Shown here: in pieces, positions 26,938 to 39,439 of the stretch | Layout: each line of letters opens with the position of its first letter | How positions within the stretch are numbered: position 1 is the stretch's first letter | Origin: Eledone cirrhosa | Lineage: Eukaryota | Length of the DNA stretch: 64,000 bases | Direction of reading: 5' to 3' | Assembly: GCA_964016885.1 (NCBI GenBank) | Contig: OZ024740.1 | Coordinates: 76,570,001-76,634,000, forward strand | Position numbers and translations under genes: made by a program | Notes under the pieces: generated by a model | Told to the model about the DNA's origin: nothing | The model's input: only the letters and a program-made list of their open reading frames with translations | Database searches by the model: none

Positions 26938-28560
26938 AAATAATCTCACAATACCTTGACACACTCATCTCTCCCTTAGTCGCCGACCTCCTTATATTAC
27001 ATACACGACAGCAATCATGCTCGACGTTTCAACTACTTCTCCCCCTCTCCTGGCCCCTGTCGCCTTCTCTTCACCATGGACATCACCTCTCTTTACAACT
27101 CCTTCCCACACGATGACGGTCTCCGCACTCTCCGACACATTTTAGACCTACACCCTACAGCTTATCCGACCACTTCAACTCTTCTCCGTCGTGTCGAGCT
27201 CGTTCTCAACTTCAATGGCTTTTCCTTTTCCGGAAAGTTTTACCTGCACGTCTCTGGGGGTAGCCATAGCAACCAAAATGGGTCCTACCTATGCCAACTT
27301 GTTCATTGGCTATGTTGAGGCCCAGATCTTCTTCTAGTACACTGGACCTACCCCTGGTCTATGCGGTTGTCATATCGACGATTATATCAGCGCCACCTCT
27401 TTCTCCAGTGAACAGCCCGACTCCTTTCTTTCCCTCGCCCAGTCTTTTCTCACCTTCACCACATCTGTCACTGATTCTTCTGTCCAATTTCTCAACATCT
27501 CTCTCACTCTATTGATTACATTCTCCACATCTTTTCTACTTTCATCTTCTACAGACCCACTGACTCCCACTCCTACTTCGACTTCACCTCTCCCGTCCCC
27601 CGCACATCAAACTCTCTATACCCTACTCCTAATTCCTCCGTCTTCGTCGGCTCTGTAACCAGGACCATGATTTCGAGATCCAGTCCCAACGCATTGCTTC
27701 TCGCTTCATCCAGCGTGGATATCCTCCTAGCGTGATTCAAGCTACCTTTACCTGCGCCCGTGATACAGACAACACAATAACCCACTTACACTTCCCCCAA
27801 CACCCGCCTTCCTTTCCCGCTCACCTATCACTCGTCTAGCTTACCCTATCGGTGCTGCCTCCTTCATTCTTTCCGTGGCCTCGTTTCTGATCCCATCATT
27901 TCGCGCTTCTTTCCCACAGTTTAAGCCCACAGTTCCTCCTCACCAACCCTAGGACCTTACCTGGCTCCCGTCCCTAGTCCCACCTCTACTGTAATACTTC
28001 TCCCTGCATAACGAACCTCACCAACCTCTCAGGTACGAACCTTTTATTTCGCATTCACCACTCTTTCACTTGCACCTCAAACAATGTAATCTATCTCCTC
28101 CGGTGTTCCCTTTGTGGGTCCATTTAGATAGGAAAAACAGGCTGCCGCTTGGCAAACCGATTTGCCGAACACCTGAGGGGCATGGGACTAGGTAAAAACA
28201 CCCTGTCGTTCGTCACTTCCGTTCCCCCAAGTACTCTACTCAACACCTCACTGCCTCAGGCCTCATTTTACACCACCGATCCACAGCCACTCGCACCAGG
28301 ACCGAGAATTTAATTTTTCGGCTTGGAACTACTTTTCTGAATGGACACAATTCCTCCCCTACCACCTCCACACACTTTCTATAAACCCCCTTTGTCCTTG
28401 CTCTCACACACATGCACACGCACATATATACATACACAACTACAGCCACCACACAATATACACGCATATTTACAACATCCGTACATACAACCCACCCACC
28501 ACACATAACACTCAAAACCCTACACTTTCTGATGCATGCAGGCGCATGTGCACAAGGGCG
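26935..28560 (+). mobile_element. Penelope/Poseidon-type PLE (RT + GIY-YIG), decayed
   Basis: MDITSLYNSFPH, LVLNFNGFSF, GVAIATKMGPTYANLF, HIDD, FTCTSNNVIYLLRCSLC..*IGKTGCRLANRFAEH. Confidence 0.88.
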
Positions 28561-28879
28561 CACAACCACCGACTCATTCATTCCATGATTCACGCTTGGG
28601 GGCGCATGTGCTTGTATGTCTTGCGCGCGTGTGGAATTCAATGCAGTGTCTGTGGTGCTGGTGGTATTGCATGTTTTCTAACATTAACTCCACCTCCACA
28701 CACATAGTAACTTCACACTTTGTAGCTTAACCGTTCGCGGTTTCACCACAATATCGTCGCACCCGAAGCTAAGCAGCTTCTCTTATGACCTTTCCACGAA
28801 ATGAAGTATAAAGGCAACGATCATATTCGCTACCACCTCCTTTTCTACACAGCCTCTCTTGACTGCTACTGTATGTGTG

Positions 28880-29260
28880 TCTTCTTCTTCTTCTTCTTCT
28901 TCTTCTTCTTCTTCTTCTTCTTCTTCTTCTTCTTCTTCTTCTTCTTCTTCTTCTTCTTCTTCTTCCTGAGAGGGTTGTGGAGGGAGAGTCATCAAACAAT
29001 CCTTTCAGTGGCAACTGTATCCAACTGATCCGGTTGGATCCCCAAGCGTGACTAGTTAAGCACATAGATGTTATCCAACCATCTTGCTCGAATACCTGCC
29101 GCAGTGTGAATATTTGGTCGGTTGTGCTGAGTCCGGTCGAAAACTAAACTTTTCATCAGCTAGCTCGGTCTCGACAATCTCCCTGCATCTCTTTGCCAAA
29201 CACTTAGACTTTACTAGGGAGGCTTATCAAGGAGATACCTGTTGGAGTCTAGTACTTCGT
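28880..29260 (-). mobile_element. RTE-clade LINE relic with large internal deletion and (GAA)n tail
   Basis: Minus strand GISLISLPSKV..CREIVETELADEKFSFRP joins directly to the C-terminal RWLDNI motif and a short 3'UTR. (TTC)n at 28880-28965. Confidence 0.65.
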
Positions 29261-29646
29261 ATTAAACATTTGGTGTTAAACTATGGTCGTTTTCCCTCTT
29301 ACGCACAGTATAATATTAAAATAAGTTTAAACGAGGTACCAGAATATCATCATTAAGTTTATTCAGATGTGATGCGCGTTTTGTTATTGATCTGCTCAAT
29401 GTTCAATTTGTATCGATCTGGCCCAACTCTGTTATCAAAAGCTCTCCAGACTCTTGGTTCGTTAAAATTATAAATATATACATACAAAGTCTAATAGTTA
29501 GAGAGAACTACATTGTTATGAAATCACAAGACGATCCAAAGATCAATGTGTTATTACAATCAGCAACAATGTTGAGGTAACATCATTAAAGCTGATATAT
29601 ATATATATATATATATAATATATATATATATCACACACACACACAC

Positions 29647-29715
<69 letters not shown>

Positions 29716-29968
29716 TATGTATGTATATCTGTGCCCAATTATACAAGCACGTGTGTGAGCATATGCATGCTCACGATTCTCCAATTTTTTTTATTATTCT
29801 ATTCGATACGTCTTGTGTTCCGACTGCCGACCATTATATAAGGTGTACTGAGGCGTACATCCATACCACTAACGAGTAATTTATTTGATGTTAAAGAGAT
29901 GGAGCGGGGAGAATGTTTTTAGTTTTTTAATAATACCCATATACGTATATGTATATGTATATGTATAC

Positions 29969-30020
<52 letters not shown>

Positions 30021-30029
30021 ATGCATATT

Positions 30030-30270
30030 TCCTCCGAGCATATCCTTTATTCCCCAAAATATACTCTTATTTTGCTACTTCCTTGTCATATTCCTTACCC
30101 AGTGCTCCCCATTTACCCGTGACTATTTTACTATTAATCTCTTTACGTCCTCCAGCGGATATACCTTTACTGTCAAGGCCCCCCCACCAATTTTAATTAG
30201 TTCTGTGCTTAACGCTCGTGGTTCCGCATCTTCACCGCCGACGACGAGATCAAAACCTTTGTCCTTTTTT
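30030..30270 (-). mobile_element. Possible ancient RTE thumb-region relic
   Basis: Minus strand GGRKEINSKIVTGKW..GNKG loosely resembles the RTE EI..RI...W...KG motif. Confidence 0.3.
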
Positions 30271-30822
30271 TCCTCTGCATATGAGTATGCATATTTCGAT
30301 TTAAAAAAGAATGCCAGTTTTTAAATATCTTACCTACATAAAATAGGGAGTTTTTTTAAATTTTTTTTTTATTGAAGAGGTGATTCACCAATTTCAGGGC
30401 TGTCAAAACTGGTGAAATGCAGCGCTTAGTTATTGTCAAACCGGAGATCTGGTCCAAATGCTTTTAACATGGTGGAATCCACAAAAAGAAGCACATAGGG
30501 ACCAGGTGTCGGATTAAGTCAACTACCCAGGGAATTTAAAATTGAAACGCAAAGAGCTGGAATTCTGCTACATCGCCGTTAAGGACTCATAGTTTATTTT
30601 ATCGATCCCGAAAGGATGAAAGGTAAAACTGACAAACGTAAGAAGTAATATCGCAGGGAATCCCATCCTATGCTATAACGACTCTGCTAATTCGACCTTC
30701 ATTCATCTAATATTTTTAAGAATTTTAGTTGATTAGAAATTATGATCTTATATAAATTGTTACTAGAATATTTCTTTTTCATGCTTGCCTCTAAACATTT
30801 TTATTTCTTTGAATAAATAAAC

Positions 30823-31380
30823 GAAAAGAAAAGAAAAGAAAAGAAAAGAAAAGAAAAGAAAAGAAAAGAAAAGAAAAGAAAAGAAAAGAAAAGTAGAAAG
30901 TGGAAGGGAAGAAACAAACTTTACAACTTTGGGGGGATCAATACATTTCAGCTCTATCTGACGAACATGGCGAAATCATTGCCGTGGAGAACAGTCAGCA
31001 TCAGCTATTCCACCTCACGGGGCTTTATCCTCAAAGGAGATATAACCAACCCGACTTTGCAGTTGTTAGGGGGCTGAAAACACCGGACGTTTCGATGGCG
31101 ACCGACATAAAATGGAAGCGGTCGGTGGAATCCCAGTATTTTCTTATTCTCCTCTCCTCTGCGTTACGGAAGATGATGGCCGAAATTGTGACCGAGGCGA
31201 TGAGATTCGACCGGAGAATGTGTCGCAACATATGGGATCCCATATGAGTGATCTGCATCCCACTTCCTTAACATGAAAGTGTTTATCCCATCTGGGCCCC
31301 TACCGTTGCTGCCGTCGAAGCCAACAGGTTCCAATCGCAACAGGAAACCGGCCGAGTTATAGCCCATTTTGTTGAAGTCG
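30823..31380 (-). mobile_element. CRE-like non-LTR retrotransposon 3' fragment (RLE domain) adjoining a (GAAAA)n tract
   Basis: LEPVGFDGSNGRGPDG..WD and AEERRIRKY..FHFMSVAIETSGVFS match the CRE-type EP..RPDG..WD..AE..K..KY..F.P.A.ET.G pattern. Confidence 0.7.
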
Positions 31381-31399
31381 GGATACTGAGTGAACAAAC

Positions 31400-31660
31400 A
31401 TGCACTGTTGTGACAAAAGTACGGATGCAGTCAAAACTCACCGACCATGGCTCACACACCACGATGAGCAAGACACTTTATTTGACGTTGCTCCAGTTCA
31501 CTCAACTTGAAAAAATTAGTTGTGCCTGAAATACAACGGACCGACTGTATCATACTGAAATTCCCTGGGGACTAAGTTAACGGTGCAAGTGTCTGTGGAA
31601 TCTTCAACTACTTGCGTGTTAGTTTCCTGAGCAGGTAGTTCCGTGTATCAAGCAACAAAA
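31400..31660 (+). mobile_element. Degenerate CORE-SINE
   Basis: GAGCAAGACACTTTATTT..GTTGCTCCAGTTCACTCA CORE-like block, related to 51056-51170 and 54770-55060. Confidence 0.6.
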
Positions 31661-31681
31661 ACACTGACTGCAGGACACAAA

Positions 31682-31714
31682 ATAATCCCAGGCAAAGCCA
31701 GGTGCTGTTACTAG
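31682..31714 (+). mobile_element. Isolated Helitron-like 3' terminus
   Basis: CCCAGGCAAAGCCAGG imperfect hairpin followed 8 nt later by CTAG|T, the same architecture as the 15660 end. Confidence 0.4.
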
Positions 31715-34378
31715 TTTTATGTAAAGTAGAGAAAATAATTTGACATTTCACTCTCTTTTGGTGTCAGTCAATTGGGGAGATAAACGATATAACTAATACA
31801 ACAAACTAAATATACACGAAACCTTGGGAATTTTATTTTCTCATTCATCAACAACTTATATCAAGAACTATCCAACGATGTTGAAATCTAATCTAAATTC
31901 CATAGATACAGTGTAATACGATTCCGAAAGTCGCATTCAGAAATTTCCACAAATAATCTCGGACCATTTGCAAAGAAAGGTTAATTACGAATCTACAATG
32001 AACCTGTCAGTTTATATAATCCAAACTGTCAATATCTACACCTCCAACTCTAAAGATGTTAGAACTAATGTAAGATTGTGATATGAACCTGTCTGATGTT
32101 ATAAATATTTTCATCTCAGTACCGAACGTTTTAGAATATAGAGAAGTTATCAGCAAGCTGATTCCTCTGTTTCATTTCGAAACTCACAAAAAGAAATATA
32201 TCCCAATAACATGATTTGTTGTTATGGCTAAACAGATGCAGATTTAGCCGGTCTCCTGTGTGTTAAAGTTAGGAGCCCCATGTCACAATTGTTCGGTTAC
32301 AGGAGACGGGAATTGAATTCAGAACGCATAGAAACGGAACACATACCGCAATATATTTAACCGCCCTCTTTGTCGCTCTAACGATCATGTCAATTCACTG
32401 CTTTAGTGATTGATGGCCATGATTATGACAAATCCACACTTCTATAAAGTTGAGGTTCTCACATTATAGCGTGTTATTAATCATAATGATTTATTTATGT
32501 TTTAATTTACTTATTTTCATAATAAAACAAAATGTGTGTGACATAATAAAGGAAAATATATGTGACAAAAATGTAATGCTACACACACAGATAATGGTGC
32601 AATTATTGGTGCAGCTGGTGTTGCGACTAGTAGTGCAGTTGAAAGGCACTATTGAAAATATGATAAATATTTCTCATATACGCTCAAAGCCACATGTTTT
32701 GTGGGGAACTAGGTGACGATTACATCAACAAATACTTCACTGGTTCTTCTTATATCAATCGCATCTATTTCTGTAAGGATAAATGCAAAAATTGGTCTAA
32801 TCAATCGTAGTCACATGCCTTTGGGATTTTTTCTTCTTATCAAAGGGAAACTTAACCACATGGAGAGAACCCTTACGTAGTTGTTCGACATGATAGAAAT
32901 ATCAGCAAAATTATATCCTATCGTCCTGATTTATAGTGGGGCAGACGGGGCATTTGCTCCAGGTCCCTCACCAGCACAGGACGCTGGTGGCAGGCGTGAG
33001 GCCCTGATGCGGCATAAATGTGCCCTGATGCGGCATAAGCCGTGCCCGAAGCTGGGGTTTTGGGGTTTATTTTTTAGCCACCAGAACAATAGATTTAACC
33101 AAAAGTACTTAATGTCATTCTTGTGGTAATTTATCGAAAATCCTCTACTTTAGCGACATCAAATCGTTACTAACAAAAACATACCTAGTGTCACTTGTAT
33201 AGCAATTAATCGAAATTTCTCTTATTTAGCGACATCAAATGGTTGTTGTAGAAAGCAAGGGGATGTTTAATGCAGGAATATATATATAATATTGGAAACT
33301 GAGAACCCAAACACGTGGACAATTCCCGCTCATCGGCTATCTTCTCGATATCCTTATAGTTTGGGATGCTTTAAAAGACAGGATCATTCATCACCAGCGC
33401 ATCAATAGTATCGAAAGATAGCTATTCAAGATGAAAACAACGGACGTCAGACGAAAAAGAAACAAACAAAAAAACAAACAAGATGAAATATCTACATACC
33501 AATGTGGGACAGGAACATTGCTACAATCGAAAGCAACACAAATGTGGGCTGATAACCATAATATAAGGAATTAATTAAATTAGAATAAGTTAGTTCGTGG
33601 AATCGCTCTACAACTACTATTAATAGGCAAGAGACATGGCGAAAATGAACTGACTAGGTCGCTGGTCAAATCACAAAGGAATGAGACAAAGCTTGAAAGG
33701 AATTGGTGGGTAGGGCATTATGGAGACCTGAGATTGAGGGAGAAAAAAGATAGATAGATGGATATAGAGGGAGAAATACAGATGGTCCAAAGCCGCCTTT
33801 AATTCGGAAAATATTTCGAGCGGGAACTTGACAAATTCTCGCTGCAGCCAGTCTAGTTTCCTAGGCAAGATACATATGTCGTTAAATGTAGCCACACCTA
33901 TAATAATTATTTACACAGTCCTTGTTTTTAGTGATACCTTCATCTTGTGAAATTATAAGCTTATTTTGTTTAACAGTATACTAAACATATCTTCCAAGAA
34001 AGATGTGTGTCTGTGATGAGATCAAACATAAATACTAGTGCATATCAATTCAAAAGAAGGTTCAGCTTTGAAAAATATTGATCGTGGTGTTTCAGTGCTT
34101 ATTGCTTCATGAACTGTTAATGATATATAGAAGCAACAAGAAATTCTACCTAGACAGTGATTCCAAGAAGCAAACGAGTGTTAGAAAAACAAAGAAAAAT
34201 GTTAGAAATATGTGGTTATGGATATAGTTTGAACAAAGTCAGAGTGAAGTGGAATTGTCTGCTATCTGGATAACGGAGAAGGATCAATTGAAATGAAAAC
34301 CGCACCAGATGTAGTTGGGTATCATAGTAAAGATCTGACACAAATGTGTTAATACATATGGTAATAAATGAGGGCATG

Positions 34379-34416
<38 letters not shown>

Positions 34417-34475
34417 CAAGGCTCTGATACCATCAACACCATAAACACAGAGCTGGCATATCTAAGAACTGACTA

Positions 34476-34531
34476 ACTGCCTGATGAGGTCATAGCCATT
34501 CAATGGCTATCATCGAAATAATGGCTAGCAG

Positions 34532-34532
<1 letters not shown>
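34476..34532 (+). ncRNA. Hammerhead ribozyme-like motif in a short insert between (TA)n tracts
   Basis: ACTGC CTGATGA GGTC ATAGCCAT TCA ATGGCTAT CATC GAAA TAATGGC TA GCAGT. Stems I and II are good, stem III is weak. Confidence 0.6.
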
Positions 34533-34595
<63 letters not shown>

Positions 34596-34619
34596 GCCCT
34601 CATTTATTGCCATATGTAT

Positions 34620-34697
<78 letters not shown>

Positions 34698-34949
34698 TGT
34701 GTATGTGTGTGTGTGACAGGGCTGGTCATTTGAATTACATGTACAGTTCGTGATTTGGGCTTTCGAATAGTTCCTGTTTACCCAATTTTATTGACAAGTC
34801 ATGGGTTGCCCCAACGTTATTTGTCATGTGGTGGGATCGAACCTTGGACCTAATGACTGCAAAGCGAACATCTTAAACATTAGGTCATACTGTATTCATA
34901 CATGTATACAAAGTCTCAACTCTGCATGTAGGCGGCTCAGATACCAGCA

Positions 34950-36170
34950 TACATACATACATACATGGTGGCTGCCAACTCGTTTTCGAGTACGGCCACT
35001 ACTTTATATCCATGTAGGAGAACCCCTACCGATGCGCTGAACGAGTGTGACTTTTCAAGTCCACCCAACGACTTGAAAACTCTGGTACAAACACTACACT
35101 TGTGACAATTATTGACACATAGTGCTGGGCCCTTGGTACCATGTGACGACAAGTGCAGAGAGATCTCCAGATATACATACATACATACATACATACATAC
35201 ATACATACATACATACATACATACATACATGATGATGGTTGCAACTCGATTTCGAGTAATGATACTTAAGCATGAGCATCAAGGACGTGGCGTTTTATTC
35301 CTTCTAGGGATTTGCCTATGGCCAGCAATACCATGCACACAACATGTCACATATCAAGGGATGACTGTGCTTGAAGCTTTTTTTTTTAGTGAGGAAACTC
35401 TTTGCAGGGAGCCACTCCAACTCTCTGAACATCGAATGCCCAAAAGGAGAGCTGGTAGACATCATTGGATACAAACGAAGTCGCACGTTTTAAATCAGAG
35501 TAATGAAAACTAGGTCTCTCACTCAAAAAAAAAAAAAAAAATGATTGGATGGCCGTTGACTCTCCTGAGTTCCTCCGCTCTTTGACGGGTTTTGTTTTTC
35601 CTCCCGCAGGGTTTCCAAATTCTCCTACCTCACCAAGAAAGCTTGGTGGGGTTGCTGGGTTAAATGTTAAATGTACTGGGTTAAATGTTACCAGGAGCGT
35701 TGAAGAGCGATCTAACATACATACATACATACATGCATGCATACGTACATACATACATACATACATACATACATACATACATACATACATACATACATAC
35801 ATACATACATACATGATGGCTGCAAACACTTTAAGAGTATTGCAATCGCTTATCAGATTATAGAGTTTGGTGCAATTTTAGGCTACAGCCAGCCACACGA
35901 ACCTGTAACATATCCTGAACAAGCAATGCCTGTGCTTTGAAGGTTTTTTAAGTGGGGAAAGGCCTTGCACTCGACCAATCCCACTCTCTGAGCATCGAAG
36001 ACATATATACATAGCAGATGAAAGGATTTCTACTTCTCAGCAGAAGGTTATGCATGGCTATGTTGCTAGGAATCTTCAGAACCAAAGACATCCATCTTGG
36101 ACCAACGATTGGCATATTTCGCTCTCACTTTGAAGTGCGTGCTCCAGTATCCCCGGAAAGGAAATAACAA
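34950..36170 (-). mobile_element. Stack of three related RTE-derived non-autonomous elements separated by (ATAC)n
   Basis: 34966-35175 is the reverse complement of the 3' part of the 50338-50946 element. 35229-35717 shares its 5' block (CAACCCCACCAAG.TTTCTTGGTGAGG..AAAAACAAAACC.GTCAAAG). 35813-36170 shares AGAGAGTGGGA and GCACAGGCATTGCTT. Confidence 0.75.
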
Positions 36171-37009
36171 CAAAATGCAGGTGTGATATTTAGCTGCAAC
36201 AATAGATGCAGACTCTTTGGGATAAATACTGAAGATATCACACACTTTATAAGTAACTCCCTGAAAATATCCTCACAATATACTAGTTAGTATAAGATGT
36301 TACAGCAGGGAGGAGGACATGCATACTGATTTGTAATATGGAAGAATATTGGTGGAATGATCATGTAAAACTTGAGTAAGGTCAGACATTACGATCGGGG
36401 ATAGAAAAAAGAAAGTATATGCAGTAAGGGAGATTAGTAGCCCATCTGATGTTAACATCATGTTAAAGATTAGTGATGAAGAAAACATCTCTAGCAATGT
36501 AACACGAAATCTGCAGATACTCCACCTGGATTATAACTTCATAACTTACTGCTTCAGCTCCACTTTCGAAAAGCTCGGATTCTCAAAAAAGAAAGAAGCT
36601 AATTAAAAAATTACACTGTGTGGCTGAGGGCCTTGCCGGAAGTATAAGGGTCAGTGACGTCATCCCCTTATACTACATACACTTACATGTGATTAACGCA
36701 ATTGTGAAAATATGTCAAATATTCCTGAAATTTAGCTTGTAATAAAATAAATATACACACGCGAAGACATACACACGTATGGTTATGTACACATACATAA
36801 ATCAAAATATACACATGTGTAGTCATACAAATGTACGCTTATGTTTACGTACACAACTTAAATTTACACACGTGTCGACATACAAATATCTTCAGGGTCT
36901 TCATTACACTTCAAAATTTCCATCGAAAAATCTGCCCTTGTTTGCTGCTGATCGGGGTGCAACAGCTTTGGGAGCCATCGAGCAGAAAGCTTGCTCAGCC
37001 TTAAACTTT

Positions 37010-37295
37010 ACATACAATACAACAGGAGGAAACATAATAGTACCATTGATGATGCTGCAGATGTGCAACGAAAGAACTTTGTTAGACTATATATATGTAT
37101 TTATATCTGTATTTTTAACCGTTGGTCAATCAATGATAAACATTGATTGCCAAATGAATTAACTATGGAGATAAAAAAGATACAGAAGCGAAACCAACCA
37201 AACAGTGAGTGTGTTCTGTTATTATTTCTGGCAATATTATTACTACAATATGACCCTCACACGATTTAATATCAAAAATCTCGCAAAACAAATTC
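37010..37295 (+). mobile_element. Copy of the 22187-22450 pseudo-LTR-like repeat
   Basis: Near-identical sequence. HHR core reads TTGATGATGCTGCAGATGTGCAACGAAAG. Confidence 0.75.
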
Positions 37296-37493
37296 ATCGC
37301 CGTTATATATATATATATATATAAAAAGAAAATGTTCGCTCTACATGGCTGAATACAATAAATGTAATCTGAGTTTTTCGAAAATTAATTATAACATTCG
37401 ATTCGTTTGCAATTATGCAAACAAGCCTCATTTTTTTTAGCCATGTCAGTAGAATGAATCCTTCATTCTTGCTCTTGTGTTGGCATGTAAACA

Positions 37494-37543
37494 GAACTGC
37501 AGACACTAATGTTTCTGGGTACCACCCTTCATCAGTACAGCTC
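37494..37543 (-). ncRNA. Complete type I hammerhead ribozyme
   Basis: Minus strand: GAGCTGTA CTGATGA A GGGT GGT ACCC A GAAA CATTAGT GTC TGCAGTTC. It has an 8-bp stem I (with G-U pairs), stem II, stem III and a GUC cleavage triplet. Confidence 0.75.
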
Positions 37544-38235
37544 ACTGTTTACCTGCCAACTGTCAGAGTTAGTGAAAATATGCGCTATATATATAAAACT
37601 GAGTTCGGATCTAGTTGTCGAAACGGCCGGAGCTTAGCCGTCGGGGGTCTTGACTCTCTTATTACCCACTCTACTACCCTAAGTATCGAGTACTCTGGTG
37701 CGTTATGGTCCACCTGGTTCCTCACCACACTTTCTTTGTTGTTATATATATATATATTGTTGACGGCTGAGAGATAAGAGTACTCAATACCGAAGTAGAT
37801 TTTTAATATTTATTTATATTAAAACTAAAAAGTGAGCCTTGTTACACTGAAGTTTCACCTCTTTATTACAGGGTCACTAGGCAAGAATAGATAAATACAT
37901 GTATACATACATAAATAGAAAAGTAAATGCATACCTCCATAAATAGATAAATACATGCATATATAGTTAAATATTGAAAACATTCACATGTATATATATG
38001 ATGCGACAAGTAGACAGTCATATGAATTTATGACAATATGAATTAAAGAAAAGGAAAGTAGACTTCCTTTAAATACATATACTGTGTTTATCTCATCTTT
38101 CCTGGTTTGGTCACACTGGAAATCACAAGTTGATGGTATATAAATCAACTAGTAATAGTCTCGTTGCACACACAACCGCACACGCACACACACACACACA
38201 CACACACGCACACACACACACACACATATATATAA

Positions 38236-38638
38236 TAGGGTGGCTCTTATTTTTCAACTTTCTAAAAGTTTAGCTCTCACCCCCCCCCCCCCCCCCCCTA
38301 TCTTGTTCCAATTAACAAAACACCCATTTATGCAAAATTTTAGCTCAAGCGGACAGCTGCAAGGCGGACCCTCATCGACCGTGAAATTTTAAAGTTTTCA
38401 CCCGGAAAATCATTTTTTCAGCTAAACATTTTTTATCTCTTATATAATTTTCTCTTAAATTAAAAACTTGTTCAAACTTATTCTTGGTATTAGAAGGATA
38501 AGTGACAATAAATGTAATGGGGAAGGCAACTTGGAACGCTTGGGGCAGAGCGCAGCTATAGGGTAAAGAATTATTTTTCGCTGGGGAGCAACAACATTTT
38601 AACTTTCGGAAAATTACCTATTGCTAAGGGCCACCCTA
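38236..38638. mobile_element. hAT-superfamily (hATm-like) MITE
   Basis: TIRs TAGGGTGGCTCTTA / TAAGGGCCACCCTA. Imperfect 8-bp flanks ATATATAA / ATATGTAT. Confidence 0.75.
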
Positions 38639-38686
38639 ATATGTATCCTGGTTGACAGCAATCAGCAATGAGTACTCGGTATTGAG

Positions 38687-38723
<37 letters not shown>

Positions 38724-38824
38724 CGATATGTATATATATATACTCTCCTTACTATCCTTGCTTTCATATTTCTCCTTGCTCCCCTTTTCTCATTGTATTT
38801 GTATATAAACAAGTACATAGATAC

Positions 38825-39439
38825 ACGGAGAAAGGGAGAGCAAGAAGAAAAGGAGAGTAGAGAGAAAAGGAGAGCAATGAGAAAAGGAGAGCAAGGATAA
38901 AAGGAGAGCAAGGAGAGGAAGGAGAATGGGAGAGAAAAGAGGGCAATGAGAATAGGAGAGAAAAGAGAGGAAGGAGAAAAGGAGAGCAAGGATAACAAGG
39001 AGAAAATGAGAGCAAGGAGGCCAAAGATCGGAAGAAGAAAAAGAGAGCAAAGAGAGGAAGGAGTAAAGAAGTACAAGGAGAGCCAGAATAAAAGGAGAAA
39101 ATGAGAGCTAGGAGAGCAAGGAGAAAAGGAGAGGAAGGAGAAAAGGTGAGGAAGGTGAAAAGGAGAGCCAGAATAAAAGGAGAGCAAGGAGAAAGGGAGA
39201 GCAAAGAGAGCAATGAGAAAAGTAGATGAAGAAGAACAAGGATAAAAGGAGAGCAAGGAGAGCAAGAATAAAAGGAGAGCAAGGAGAGCGAGGATAAAAA
39301 GAGAGCACGTAGAGCAAGGATAAAAGGATAGAAAGGAGAGCAATGAGAAACATGACCAAGGAGAACAATGAGAAAAGGAGAGCAAGGAGAGTAATGAGAA
39401 AAGAAGAGCAAAGGAAGGAAAAAAGAAGAGCAAGGAGAG
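38825..39439 (+). repeat. Purine-rich degenerate minisatellite (GGAGAGCAAGGATAAAA-like), resuming at 40960-41020
   Basis: Visible directly. Interrupted by the LTR element. Confidence 0.85.

Noticed and set aside
31830-34380. Very old LINE relics (CR1/RTE-like) at ~31.9-32.2, 33.3-33.6 and 34.0-34.4 kb
   Set aside because: Only faint motif resemblance, too degraded to call without an HMM search.
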